Source of the DNA: the human T2T-CHM13v2.0 reference genome, Homo sapiens
Reading direction: 5' to 3' (one strand)
DNA length: 64,000 nt
Assembly: GCF_009914755.1 (NCBI RefSeq)
Contig: NC_060935.1
In this document: one piece after another, positions 1 to 18,184 of the stretch
Layout: every line of letters starts with the position of its first letter
Position numbering within the stretch: position 1 is the first letter of the stretch
The notes under the pieces: generated by a model
The model's database searches: none
The model's input: only the letters and a program-made list of their open reading frames with translations
What the model was told of the DNA's origin: nothing
Translations under genes and position numbers: made by a program

Positions 1-354
1 TTGGAAAAAAATACATGATGGAGAAGTTTGGGATTTTTTTTCTTAATTATTATAGGTGATATTGGATGAAAAGAAGGTGTAGCAAATTTACTTTCATAAC
101 TATCTAAAGAAAGAGCTGCATGGTTTCTTCAATTAAAATATTAAGGCAAAATGGATAATTTACCTCATTTGTCAGTATTCCATCTTCCTTCTATCAGCTT
201 TGCAAATACTTATAGTCGGTTAACTATACTCTCCCCTTAAAAAAGCCAGTTCAGTGAAAGACATCTATTTGGACTTTACCTTAGAGAGATGATTACAGAT
301 TTAATACAGAGAGAAGAGTTCAGACAGAAAAGTAAGCAAACTCCCTGTCAGGCT

Positions 355-500
355 CATCCATTCATTTATCTTATCTCCATAACAGCCCTACAAGGTAATA
401 TTCTCTCCATTACATAGATGAGAACACTGAGGAATATTTAGGTAAGTAACTTGTTAATATGTCCAGTTTATTCACAGATGATATGACCAGGAGTGATTCT
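355..500. mobile_element. MIR fragment
   Basis: MIR core-like ccattacatagatgagaacactgagg...gtaacttg. Confidence 0.55.
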
Positions 501-913
501 AGTTGTATGAGGCCTTAAGCATGCATAAATTATTTGAGGGACTTTATTTTAGGGAAAAGAACACATTAAGAATAGACATAAGTCATGACCTCACTAGGAC
601 CTTGGCAGGGATCTATCTGTACAAGTGACGGTCCTTCATGCTGCAGTGTCAGGAGCTCCAAGGTAAATTTGCCGAGTAAGAGAGGAGCCAGTATGATTCC
701 AAGTCTGCATTCCCAACAGTGAATATGTACTGGATGGAGGAGTCATCTCACATTTTTCTAGTTATAGTCAAAGAGAATGTGAGTTTACATTTCCTGGTAA
801 AACCAAACAAGTGGTGGATATTAGCTTGGAGGGAGAAGACATCTTAAGAAAAAACTAATGTAAGAAATGAGGAAGTGAAAGTCGACTGCCCCTCTGTTCT
901 CTTCCTTGGTCAG

Positions 914-1037
914 TTGGCTGCTAGAGTCTGCTCGGTGGCTCATTATCAACAATAAACCAGAGGAAGGCTTAAAGGAACTTAGAAAAGCTGCACACAGGAG
1001 TGGAATGAAGAATGCCAGAGACACCCTAACCCTGGAG
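914..1037 (+). CDS. SLC22A9: SLC22A9 (OAT7) coding exon 5
   Basis: Acceptor cttccttggtcag|T and donor GAG|gtgagc; 124 nt encoding [41 protein letters not shown], which contains the SLC22 ES(A/P)RWL motif. Confidence 0.95.
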
Positions 1038-1444
1038 GTGAGCTGGATGGGAGCTAGATATGGGATGTAGGGAAGACATAACTTGTCATCAATACTTAGC
1101 AGTAGCAGTGTCCATAAGGTAAAAAAAGGAAAGAAACACAGGTATGGTTATGGGCTGTATCACCTCACTATCATTTTTAATGGGCTTCAATATTGTTTGG
1201 GTTAACATTGAAGGGGAATATGCTGTTGCCAAAAGGATGAGACACAGATATTTTACTCAATGGAGGCAGAGGCACAAAGTATTAACTATTGTAAAGATTT
1301 TGCATTGAACTCATTCTAACTGTGTAATAGGAGTAACCAAAACTAGTTCATTCCTTCCCATTTATTATTCTGTGGGTCTCTTTCAGGGTAGTAAAGCCAG
1401 AGGAAGGGTTAGTGAGCAAATAGAATACAACATAAAGAGTTCAC

Positions 1445-1580
1445 TTATTTGTTCATTCAATCATACATTCTTCCATTCATGATACATTTAGTGAGGCACT
1501 ACCTATGCCAGATTCCATTCTTCCCTGGAAATACTGCAGTGCCCATATCAATCCAAATCCCTATTTGTCTGGAGTTTCAT
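1445..1580 (-). mobile_element. L2 3' end fragment
   Basis: ttcattca repeats followed by tagtgaggcactacctatgccag, typical of an antisense L2 tail. Confidence 0.5.
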
Positions 1581-1949
1581 TATACTTACTTACTATAAGT
1601 TCCTAAAGCATGACTAAGTGGAAATGCCTGTGAGAAGTCTTTCTCATTTTAATCCACCCCAGATCTTAAAGATAAATGTTGTCATGGATCTTTAAGTTAA
1701 ATATTATCCATGTTATACACATATATAAAGTATTAATCTTAAAATGTGGTATGCACAAATGATACTAGATCATGAATAACAGAATAAGTCAAGGTAACTA
1801 CCTGAATGAAGCTTTTGCTATGACAGAGAATATCAATGGACAGATTTAAATCCAAATATTGGAAATGATATGGGAAAGGAAAGAATGCTACTTGGAACAA
1901 TAAAAATACATTTTCTCCCATTTTATTGAAAAAGGAGAGGATTAAGAGC

Positions 1950-6155
<4,206 letters not shown>

Positions 6156-7427
6156 AGAGCATTGGAATCAAAAAAGAATGATGCATTATTAAACTAAATG
6201 GCAACTGATGATCCCATCAGTTTCCCAGGGAAAAAAAGAGAGCATTGCTTATGAAATGCAATTGAAGCTTGGTATGGAAAATGGATTTTATACATGACTG
6301 GATACCTAATGTTGCCTAAATTTGAATTTATTATTTTATAATGATTATTCATAAAGGTCTGGTCTTAGTCCTGTTTTAACCTCCATCTCACAGGTTTCCT
6401 AATGTACCTGTTCTAGACAACCCTCTAACCTAAAGCTGCTCCACATTATGTCAATATCAATCCATTAATTACTCCAGTCTTATGGGTCTGGGAGTCCAGT
6501 AAATAACATACATCTCCTCTGCCCAGATCACACATAACCCAGAGATATTTAAAGTGGTTAGGACCATGAAGATAAAAAATTTTAGGTGTTTTACTACTGT
6601 GAGGACTGGAATAGAGGATGTGACTTTCAATACCTACCATCAACATTATTTCTAATGCTTCATTCCATAACTGAACTTACCTGTCCCAGTTTTTTTAACA
6701 GGTACAAAACCTAACCTGGTAAATATAGGGTGCAGCCCAGAAAGCAGGCCTGAATATGATCTCTTTCTAAAAGTGTTCTGGGCACTTGAGAATGCCTATG
6801 GCATTCTCCCACACTCACCAATCAAGTAACTCAGTTCTTTATGGGTAGCTGAGGGTATGTACAGAAGGGCCAGGATTGTCTCTTTTGAGAGTTATTCCTT
6901 ATGGAAGCATGAGATTAGGGAGAAAGCAGCCCCTCCTTCCCCAACCTTCAGTATTTCTGAGCCAAGAACCAAAATGAGTTCTCTCAGGAAATTTTGCTCC
7001 TTTCTGAGGCAAGCTGTTTTTCACCAGGGGCAGTGAGCTGAGAACCAATGTCCACGTCCTTTGGGGCCCATGTGGTCCAAATGGAGCTTTGGACTATAAT
7101 CCAATATGGCCTTCATTTGGACTGTAATCTTTATTCGGTCCCCATCATGGTCTGATTCTCTAACATACATACCCTTTTCAATGCTCTGTAGCCACTTGGA
7201 TCTCTTGTCTAAAATATCCTTGAAACATAATTTCCTGGAGGCTGCTTTAACGTCCTAATTCACTTTTCACATCATTTTTACACATATCATTGCATTTTAA
7301 GGCTTATATTTTCCACCAGACAGAAAGTGCAGTCAACTCACTTCTCATCTGTGGGTTGACCAGTGCGCCTACAGTGCCTACTCTTTTCTGACAACTGTAC
7401 AGTTTATTGTTTCTGCTATTGTTGAAG

Positions 7428-7546
7428 ATTTTGAAATCCACCATGAAAAAAGAACTGGAGGCAGCACAAAAAAAAAAACCTTCTCTGTGTGAAATGCTCC
7501 ACATGCCCAACATATGTAAAAGGATCTCCCTCCTGTCCTTTACGAG
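7428..7546 (+). CDS. SLC22A9: SLC22A9 coding exon 6
   Basis: gttgaag|ATT ... ACG AG|gtaagc; 119 nt encoding ILKSTMKKELEAAQKKKPSLCEMLHMPNICKRISLLSFT(R); phase matches exons 5 and 7. Confidence 0.95.
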
Positions 7547-7959
7547 GTAAGCTTCATGCAGTGTTTGAGGGTAAGTTACAGTACTGGAGACATGAATCTT
7601 GTCCTCATTTCAAGTAGTACAGCATGTTTAGGAAACAGATTTGCACATAAAAGATGAGAAAGCCGTAAAGAGAATTGCTGTGTTTGAATGTAGTAAAAGA
7701 GTTGTGAAAAGACTGACACGGAATTAATTTATGCAATAGTTTTTGTTTATCGCAACACCCTATCAGGCTCTTCACTGGACACCAACGCAGAGAACTTCAA
7801 TTACAGTATATGCTTTGGCTTGAAGTTTCTTAACGTGTTTGTTTCCAGTTTTAATGAGGTAAATTACAAAGAGAATTTTGTACACAAATATATACAGCTC
7901 AATGATTATTTCCATATTTTGATATGTAATTTAGATCAAGGTACATAAAAACCTCTAAA

Positions 7960-9420
<1,461 letters not shown>

Positions 9421-12380
9421 TGGGGTGCATGTACAGGATGTGCAGGTTTGTTACATAGGTAAACATGTTCCATGGTGATTTGCTGCACCTATCAACTCAT
9501 CACCTAGGTATTAAGCCCAGTATGCATTAGCTATTTTTCTTAATGTTCTCTCTTCCTGCACCCAACCCCCAACAGGTCCCAGTGTGTGTTGTTTCTCTCC
9601 CTGTGTCTATGTGTTCTCATTGTTCAGCTCCCACTTATAAGTGAGAACATGCAGTGTTTGGTTTTCTGTTCCTGCATTAGTTTGCTGAGGATAATGGCTT
9701 CCAGCTTCATCCATGTCCCTGCAGAGGACATGATCGCATTTTTTTTATGGCTGCATAGTAGTTCGTGGTGTACATGTACCACATTTTCTTTATCCAGTCT
9801 ATCATTGATGGGCATTTGGGTTGATTCCATGTCTTTGCTGTTATGAATAGTGCTGCAATGAATGTACGTGTGCAAGTATCTTTGTAATAGAATGATGTAT
9901 ATTCCTTTGCGTATATACTCAGTAATGGAATTGCTGGGTCAAATGGTATTTCCGTTCTAGATCTTTGAGAAATCACCACACCATCTTCCACAGTAGTCAG
10001 ACTGATTTACCTTCCCACCAACAGTGTAAAAGCATTACTGTTTCTCCTCAACCTTGCCAGCATGTTATTTCTTGACTTTTTAATATTTGCCATTCTGATT
10101 GGTGTGAGACGGTATGTTATTGTGGTTTTGATTTGCATTTCTCTAGTGATCAGTGATGTTGAGCTTTTTTTCATATGTTTGTTAGCCACATGAACGTATG
10201 CTTTTGAGAAGTGTCTCTTCATGTCCTTTGCCCACTTTTCAATGGAGTTTTTTTGTTTTTTCCTTGTAAATTTAAGTTCCTTATAGACTGGATATTACAT
10301 CTTTGTCAGATGGATAGGATGCAAAAATTTTTTCCCACTCTGTAGCTTGCCTGTTCACTCTGATGATACAGTTTTTTTTTTTTTTTTTTTTTTTTGCTGT
10401 GCAGAAGCTCTTTAGTTTAATTAGATCCTATGGCCAATTTTTTTTTTGTTGCAGTTGCTTTTGGTGATTTCATCATGAAATCTTTGCCCATCCCTATGTC
10501 CTGAATACTGTTGCCTAGATTTAGGATTGTCCCAGCTATATGAGCTCTTTTTTCATTCCATATAAATTTTAAAACAGATTTTTCTAATTCTTTGAAGAAT
10601 GTCAATGGTAGTTTAATGGAAATAGTATTGAATCTATAAATTGCTTTGGGCAGTATGGCCATTTTCACGATATTGATTCTTCCTATCCATGAAGATGGAA
10701 TGTTTTTCCATCTGCTTGTGTCCTTTCTGATTTCCTTGAGCAGTGGTTTGTAGTTCACCTTGAAGAGGTCCTTCATTTTCCTTGTTAGCTGTATTCCTAG
10801 GTATTTTATTCTCTTTGCAGCAATTGTGAATGGGAGTTTATTCATGATTTGGCTATCTGCTTGTCTGTTGTTGGTGTATAGAAATGCTTGTGATTTCTGC
10901 ATATTGATTTTGTATCCTGAGACTTTGCTGAAGTTGCTTATCAGCTTAAGAAGCTTTTGGGATGAGTCAATAGGGCTTTCTAGATATAAGATCATGTCAT
11001 CTGCAAATGAAGACAACTTGACTTCCTCTCTTCCGATTCAAATACCCTTTATTTCTTTCTCTTTCCTGATCGCCCTGGCCAGAACTTCCAATGCTATGTT
11101 GAATAGGAATGGTGAAAGAGGGCATCTTTGTCTTGTGCCAGTTTTCAAGGGGAATGCTTCCAGCTTTTGCCCATTCAGAATGATATTGTCTGTGGGTCTG
11201 TCATAAATGGCTCTTATAATTTTAAGGTATGTTCCTTCAAGACCTAGTTTATTGAGAGTTTTAACATGAAGGATGTTGAATTTTATTGAAGGCCTTTTCT
11301 GTGTCTATTGAGATAATCATGTGGTTTTTGTCTTTAGTTCTGTTTATGTGATAAATTACATTTACTGATTTGCTTATGTTGAACAAGCTTTGCATCTGGG
11401 GATGAAGCCGACTTCATCGGGGTTAATAAGCTTTTTTGTGTGCTGCTGGATTCAGTTTGCCAGTATTTTGTTGAGTATTTTTGCACCAATGTTCATCAAG
11501 GATATAGGCCTGAAGTATTCTTTTATTGTTGTATTCCTGCCAGGTTTTTATCCCTACCAGGTTAGCATGATGCTGGCCTCATACAATAAATTAGGGAGGA
11601 GTCCTTCCTTTTCAATTGTTTGGAATAGTTTCAGAAGAAATGGTACCAGCTCCCCTTTGTACCTCTGGTAGAATTCAGCTATAAATCCACGTGGACCTGG
11701 ACTTTTTTTTTTTTTTTTTTTTTTTTTGGTAAGTAGGCTATTAATTACTGCCTCAGTTTAGAACGTATTGGTCTATTCAGGGATTCAACTTCTTCCTGGT
11801 TCAGTCTTAGGAGGGTGTATGTGTCCAGGAATTTATCTATTTCTTCTAAATTTTCTAGTTTATTTACATAGAGGTGTTTATTGTATCCTCTGATGGTAGT
11901 TTGTATTTCTATGGGGCCAGTGGTGATATCCACTTTGCCATTTTTTATTGTGTCTATTTGAGTCTTGTCTCTTTTCTTCTTTATTAGTCTAGCTAGCAGT
12001 CTATATATTTTATTAATTTTTTCAAAAATCTAGCCTCTAGATTCATCAGTTTTTTGAAGGGTTTTGTGTTGTTGTTGTTGATGATTTTGTTTTTTTGTTT
12101 TGTTTTGTTTTTTGTTTTGTTTTGTTTTTTGTTTTTTGTATCGCTGTCTCCTTCAGTTGCACTCTGATCTTGGTTATATCTTGTCTTCTGCTAGCTTTGG
12201 GGTTTGTTTGCTCTTGGTTCTCCAGTTCTTTTAGTTGTGATGTTAGGGTGTTGATTTGAGATCTTTCTAGCTTTTTGATGTGGGCACTTAGTGCTATAAA
12301 TTTCCCTCTTAACACTGCTTTAGCTGCAACCCACAGATTCTGGTATGTTGTCTCTTTGTTCTCCTTGGTTTCAAAGAATT
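9421..12380 (-). mobile_element. L1PA7/8-like, 5'-truncated, antisense, with an internal deletion near 10520 and no poly(A) tail
   Basis: Antisense 3'UTR and ORF2 peptides ([11 protein letters not shown] at 11016-10417). Confidence 0.85.
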
Positions 12381-14431
12381 TGCAGAAGGATTTTTTTAAC
12401 TTAATATAATCCCATTTGTTCACTTTTGCTTTGGTTGCCTGTGCGTCTGGGGTATTACTAAAGAAATCCTTGCCCAGTCCAATATCCTGGAGAATTTTCC
12501 CAATTTTTTCTTGTAGCAGTTTCATAGTTTGAGGTCTTAGATTTAAGAATTTAATCCATTTTGATTTTATTTTTGTATATGGTAAGAGATAAGGATCTAG
12601 TTTCATTCTTCTGCATATGGATATTCCATTTCCCAAGCACCATGTATTGAAAAGACTGTCCTTTCCCCAATGCACATTCTTGACACCTTTCTCAAAAAGA
12701 AGTAGACTATAGATGTTTGGATTTACCTCTGGGTTCTCTATTCTGTTACACTGACCTAAGCATACACTGATCTATGTTTTTATGTCTGTACCATGCTGTT
12801 TTGGCTACTATAGCTCTGTAGTATAATTTGAAGTCACGTAATGTGGTTCCTCCAGTTTTGTTCTTTTTACTCCAGATAGTTTCGACTATTCTTGGTCTTT
12901 TTTGGTTCCACTTAAATGTTAGGATTGTTTTTTCTATTTCTGCGGAAAATGTCATTGGTATTTTGATAGGGATTGTATTGAATCGGTAGATTGCTTTGGG
13001 TAGTATGGACATTTCAACAATATTGATTTGTCCAATCCATGAACATGGAATATCTTTCCATTTTTAATCCTCTTCAATTTCTTACATTAATGTTTTAAAG
13101 TTTTCATCAGAGGGTTTTTTCACTTTTTATTAACTTAATTTCTAGGTATTTTATTTTATTTGTAACTATTGTAAGCATGTTGACTTTCTTGGTCTTTTTT
13201 AGATGGTTCCTTATTGGCATATAGAAATGCTATTGATTTTATTTGTTGATTTTGTATCCTGCAGCTTCACTGAATTTGTATCCTGCAACTTTACTGAATT
13301 TATTTCTTGTTTCTAATAGCTTTGTGGTGGGGTCTTTAGATTTTTCCAAATATAAGATTATATCATCTGCAAACAAGAATAATTTGACTTCGAGTTTTCC
13401 AATTTGAATGTCCTTGATTTCTTTCTCTTCTCTGATTACTCCAGCTAGGACTTCAAGGGCTATGTTGAATAACAGAGATGACAGTGGGCATCTTTTGTGT
13501 TTCAGATCTTAGATGAAAACTTTCCATTTTTTCTCCATTCTGTATGATACCAGCTATGAGTCTGTTGTTTATGGCTTTTATCATGTTGAGGTATGTTCTT
13601 CTATGCCCAGTTTTTCGAGAGGTTTTTTTTTTTTATCAGAAATGGATGTTGAAGTTTATCATATGCTTTTTCAGCATCAGTGGATATGATCACATGGTAT
13701 TGTCCTTTATTTGGTCAATATGATATATCATGCTAACCAATATGCATATGTTTGACTATCCTTGCATCTGTGGGATAAATTCCCCTTAGTAATAATTAAT
13801 CATTGTTTTAATGTGTTGTTGAATTCAGTTTTCTAGTATTTTGTTGAAGATTTTTGCATCAATGTTCAACAGGGATATTAGCCTGTAGGTTTCTTTTTTT
13901 AATGTGCCTTTGTCTGATTTTGGTATCAGGGTAATTTTAGCCTCATAGAATGAGTTTGGAAGTATTCCCTCCACCTGTATTTTTTTTTGAATAATATGAT
14001 AAAAATGGCATTAGTTCTTCCTTAAATTTTGATAAAATTCAGCAGTGAAGCTATCAGGTCCAGAGCTTGTCTTTGCTGAAAGACCTTTTATTATAGCTTT
14101 GATCCCATTATTTTTTATTACTCTGTTCAGGTTTTAAATTTCTTCATGGTTCAACCTTGGTATGCTATTCGTGTCTAGTAATTAATCTATTTCTTCTAAG
14201 TTTTCAAACTTATTGGCATATAGTTGTTAATGGTAGCCTCTAATGACATTTTGAATTTCTGTGGTATCAGTTACAATGTCTCCTTTTTAATCTCTGATTT
14301 ATTTGGATCTTCTCTGTTTAGTTAGGCTAAATGTTTGTCAGTTTTGTTTATCTTTTCAAAAACTAACTTTTAATTTTATTGATCATCTGTATTGTGTTAT
14401 TTATTTTATTTTAATTTATTTCTGCTCTAAT

Positions 14432-16081
14432 TTTTTTTTTACTTTAAGTTCTGGGATACATGTGCAGAACATGCAGGTTTGTTTCATAGGTATACATGTG
14501 CCACAGTGGTTTGCTGCACCTATCAACCCGTCATCTAGGTTTTAAGCCCCACATGCATTAGGTATTTGTCTTAATGCTATCCCTCCCCCTTCCCCCAACC
14601 CCCGACAGGCCCCAGTGTGTGATGTTCCCCTCCCTGTGTCCATGTGTTCTCATTGTTCAACTCCCGCTTATGAGCGAGAACATGCAGTGTTTGGTTTTCT
14701 GTTCCTGTGTTAGTTTGCTAAGAATGATGGCTTCCAGCTTCATCCATGTCCCTGCAAAGAACATGAACTCATCCATTTTTATGGCTGCATGGTATTCCAT
14801 GGTGTATGTGTGCCACATTTTCTTTATCCAGTCTATCACTGATGGGCATTTGGGTTGGTTCCAAGTCTCTACTACTGTAAATAGTGCTGCGATAAACATA
14901 CGTGTGCATGTGTCTTTATAGTAGAATGATTTATAATCCTTTGGGTACATACCCAGTAATGGGATTGCTGGGTCAAATGGTATTTCTGGTTCCAGATCCT
15001 TGAGGAATTGCCACACTGTCTTCCACAATGGTTGAACTAATTTACACTCCCACTAACAGTATAAAAGTTTTCCTATTTCTCCCCATCCTCATCAGCATCT
15101 GTTGTTTCCAGACTTTTTAATGATCACCATTCTAACTGGCATGAGATGGTATCTCATTGTGGTTTTGATTTACATTTGTCTAATGACCAGTGATGATGAG
15201 CTTTTTTTCATGTTTGCTGGCCACATAAATGTTGTCTTTTGAGAAGCGTCTGTTGATATCCTTTGCCCACTTTTTGATGGGGTTGTTTTTTCTGGTAAAT
15301 TTGTTTAAGTTCCTTGTACATTCTGGATATTAGGCCTTTGTCAGATGGGTAGCTTGCAAAAATTTTCTCCCATTCTGTAGATTGACTGTTCACTCTGATG
15401 ATAGTTTCTTTTGATGTGCAGAAGCTCTTGAGTTTGATTAGATCCCATTTGTCAATTTTGGCTTTTGTTGCAATTGCTTTTGGTGTTTTAGTCATGAAGT
15501 CCTTGCCCATGCCTATGTCCTCAATGGTATTGCCTAGGTTTTCTTCTAGGGTTTTTATGGTTTTTGGTTTTACATTTATGTCTTTTATCCATCTTGAGTT
15601 AATTTTTGTATAAGGTGTAAGGAAGGGGTTCAGTTTCTGTTTTCTGCATGTGGCTAGCCAGTTTTTCCAGCACCATTTATTAGATTGGGAATCCTTTCCC
15701 CATTGCTTGTTTTTGCCAGGTTTGTCAAAGATCAGATGGTTGTAGATGTGTGGTATTATTTCTGAGGTCTCTGTTCTTTTCCATTGGCCTATATATCTGC
15801 TTTGGTACCAGTGCCATGCTGTTTTGGGGTCTGTAACCTTAAGTTACTGTAACTTTTGGTTATCGTCTGAAGCCAGGTAGCATGATGTCTCCAGCTTTGT
15901 TCTTTTTGCTTAAGATTGTCCTAGCTATACGGGCTCTTTTTTGGTTCCATATGAAATTTAAAGTAGTTTTTTCTAATTCTATGAAGACAGCCACTGGTAG
16001 CTTGATGGGAATAGCATTGAATCTATGAATTACTTTGGGCAGTATGGCTATTTTCACAATATTGATTCTTCCTATCCACAC
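14432..16081 (-). mobile_element. 5'-truncated L1PA7-like insertion with TSD
   Basis: Poly(T), 3'UTR and ORF2 end; 10-bp TSD ctgctctaat at 14422-14431 and 16082-16091. Confidence 0.9.
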
Positions 16082-17962
16082 CTGCTCTAATCTTTATTAT
16101 TTATTTTCTTCTGCTGATTTGGGGTTTGGTTTGCTCTTGCTTTTCTAGTTCTTTAAGATGTGTCATGAGGTTGTTTCTTTCAGTTTATTCTATTTTTTTG
16201 ATGTAGACACTTATAGCTAAAAATATACCTCTTAGTACTTCTTTTGCTGTATCCCGTAGGTTTTGATATGTTGTGTTTCCATTATCATTTGTTTCAAGAA
16301 ACTTTTAAACTTCCTTCTTAATTTATTTATTGATCCACTTGCACTCAGGAGCATATTGTTTAATTTCCATGTGTTGATATGATTTTCAAAATTCCTCTTG
16401 TTATTGATTTCTAGTTGTATTTCATGTGGCCAGATAAGACACTTAATATAATTTCAATTATTTTGACTTTTTTCAGACTTGTTTTGTGGCTTAACATATG
16501 GTCTATCCTTAAGAAATACCCATGAGCTGAGGAGAAAAGTGCATATTCTTCAGCCATTGGATGAAATGTTTCATAAGTATCTATTAGGTCGATTTGTTCT
16601 ACAATGCAGATTAAGTCCAATGTTTCTTTGTTGATTTTCTGTCTGGATGATCTGTCCATTGCAGAAAGTGGGAAGTTGAAGTCTCCAGTTATTAATATAA
16701 TTGTATTGGGGTATATCTCTCTCTTTAACTCTATTAATATTTGCTTTATATACCTGGGTGTGTATATATTTACAATTGTTATATTCTCTTGCTGAATTAG
16801 CTCTTAATCATTATATAATTACCTTCTTTGTCTCTTTTTAGACTTTTGCCTTAAAATCTGTTTTCTCTGATGAGTGTATCTACTCCTGCTCTTTCTTGGT
16901 TTCCTTTGGCATAGAATATCATTTCCATCCCTTTATTTTCAGTCTGTATATCTTTTTAAATACAGTGGATGTCTTGTAAGCAACAGATCATTGAGTCCTG
17001 TTCTTAATCCATTCAGGAACTCTCTGTCTTTTGATTGGACAGTTTAGTTCATTTACCTTATATGTTATTATTGATTTTAAAAAAAAGACTTACTTCTGTC
17101 ATTTTGTTATTTGTTTTCTGGTTGTTTTGTGGTAGTATCTTCCTTCTCTCCTTCCTTCCTGTATTCCTTTAGGTGAAGATGACTGTCATTGGTGATATGT
17201 TTTAATCTCCTACTTTTCATTCTTTGTGTACCTGTTGCATGTTTTTCAATTTGAGGTTACCATGAGGCTTGCAAATAATATCTTTAACCCATAATTTTAA
17301 ACCAATCACAATGTAACAGTAATTGCATAAACAAACAAATAAGGAAAGAGAAAACTAATAAAATGTCTACACTGTAACTTTGTCTCCTGGCTTTTTAACC
17401 TTTTCTTGTTTTTAAATCTTACTGTATTTTCCATGTCTGAAATTTATTCATTATTTTTTATTGTTTCATCTTTTAATCTTCCTACTCAAAATACAAGTAG
17501 TCTAGCCACCACAATTACAGTGTTATACTATTCTGTGTTTTTCTGTGTACTTACTTTTGCCATTGAGTTTTGTACATTCAGATGATATATTCCTGCTCAT
17601 CAATGTCATTGTCTTTCAGATGGAAGAAATCTCTTTGACATTTCTTGTAGGACAGGTCTGGTGTTGATGAAATCCCTCAGTATTTGTTTTTCTAGGAAAG
17701 TCTTTATTTCTCCTTCATGTTTGAGGCTATTTTTTGGCTGGATATACTACTCTGGGATAAAAGGTTTTTTTTTCCCCCTTCAGCTCTTAAAATATATCAT
17801 GCTTGTCTCTCCTGGTCTTTAAAATTTCCACTGCAAAGTCTGTTACCAGATGTATAGGAGCTCCACTGCATGTTACTTGTTCCTTTTCTCTTCTGCTTTT
17901 AGAATTTTTTCTTTATCATTGGCTTTTGGGAGTCTGACTATTAAAGGCCTTGAGGAAGTCTC

Positions 17963-18184
17963 TTTTTTTGCAACACTTACTGATATATTGTAGTTTAATA
18001 AAAACATAGCTTATACAGTTCATTGAAAAAGTATTTTAATGCAAACACCACTTTTACACAAAACCAAATGTTGATATTCTCATTTTTTAAAATTCTTGGT
18101 TTCTCTAAAACACTAAGATGATACCTCAATAAGGGTTGCTTCACATTTTCCAATTTCTTGATCTGTGCATGTCACAAGTAAAGA
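17963..18184 (-). pseudogene. Unidentified polyadenylated mRNA 3'-end-like fragment
   Basis: Non-L1 AT-rich sequence; minus-strand ATTAAA (17999-17994) 24 nt before an A7 tract; fused to L1 ORF2 at 18185. Confidence 0.5.

Noticed and set aside
12046-12675. 209-aa ORF with ORF2 parts in scrambled order
   Set aside because: Chance read-through across the junction of two L1s near 12380.
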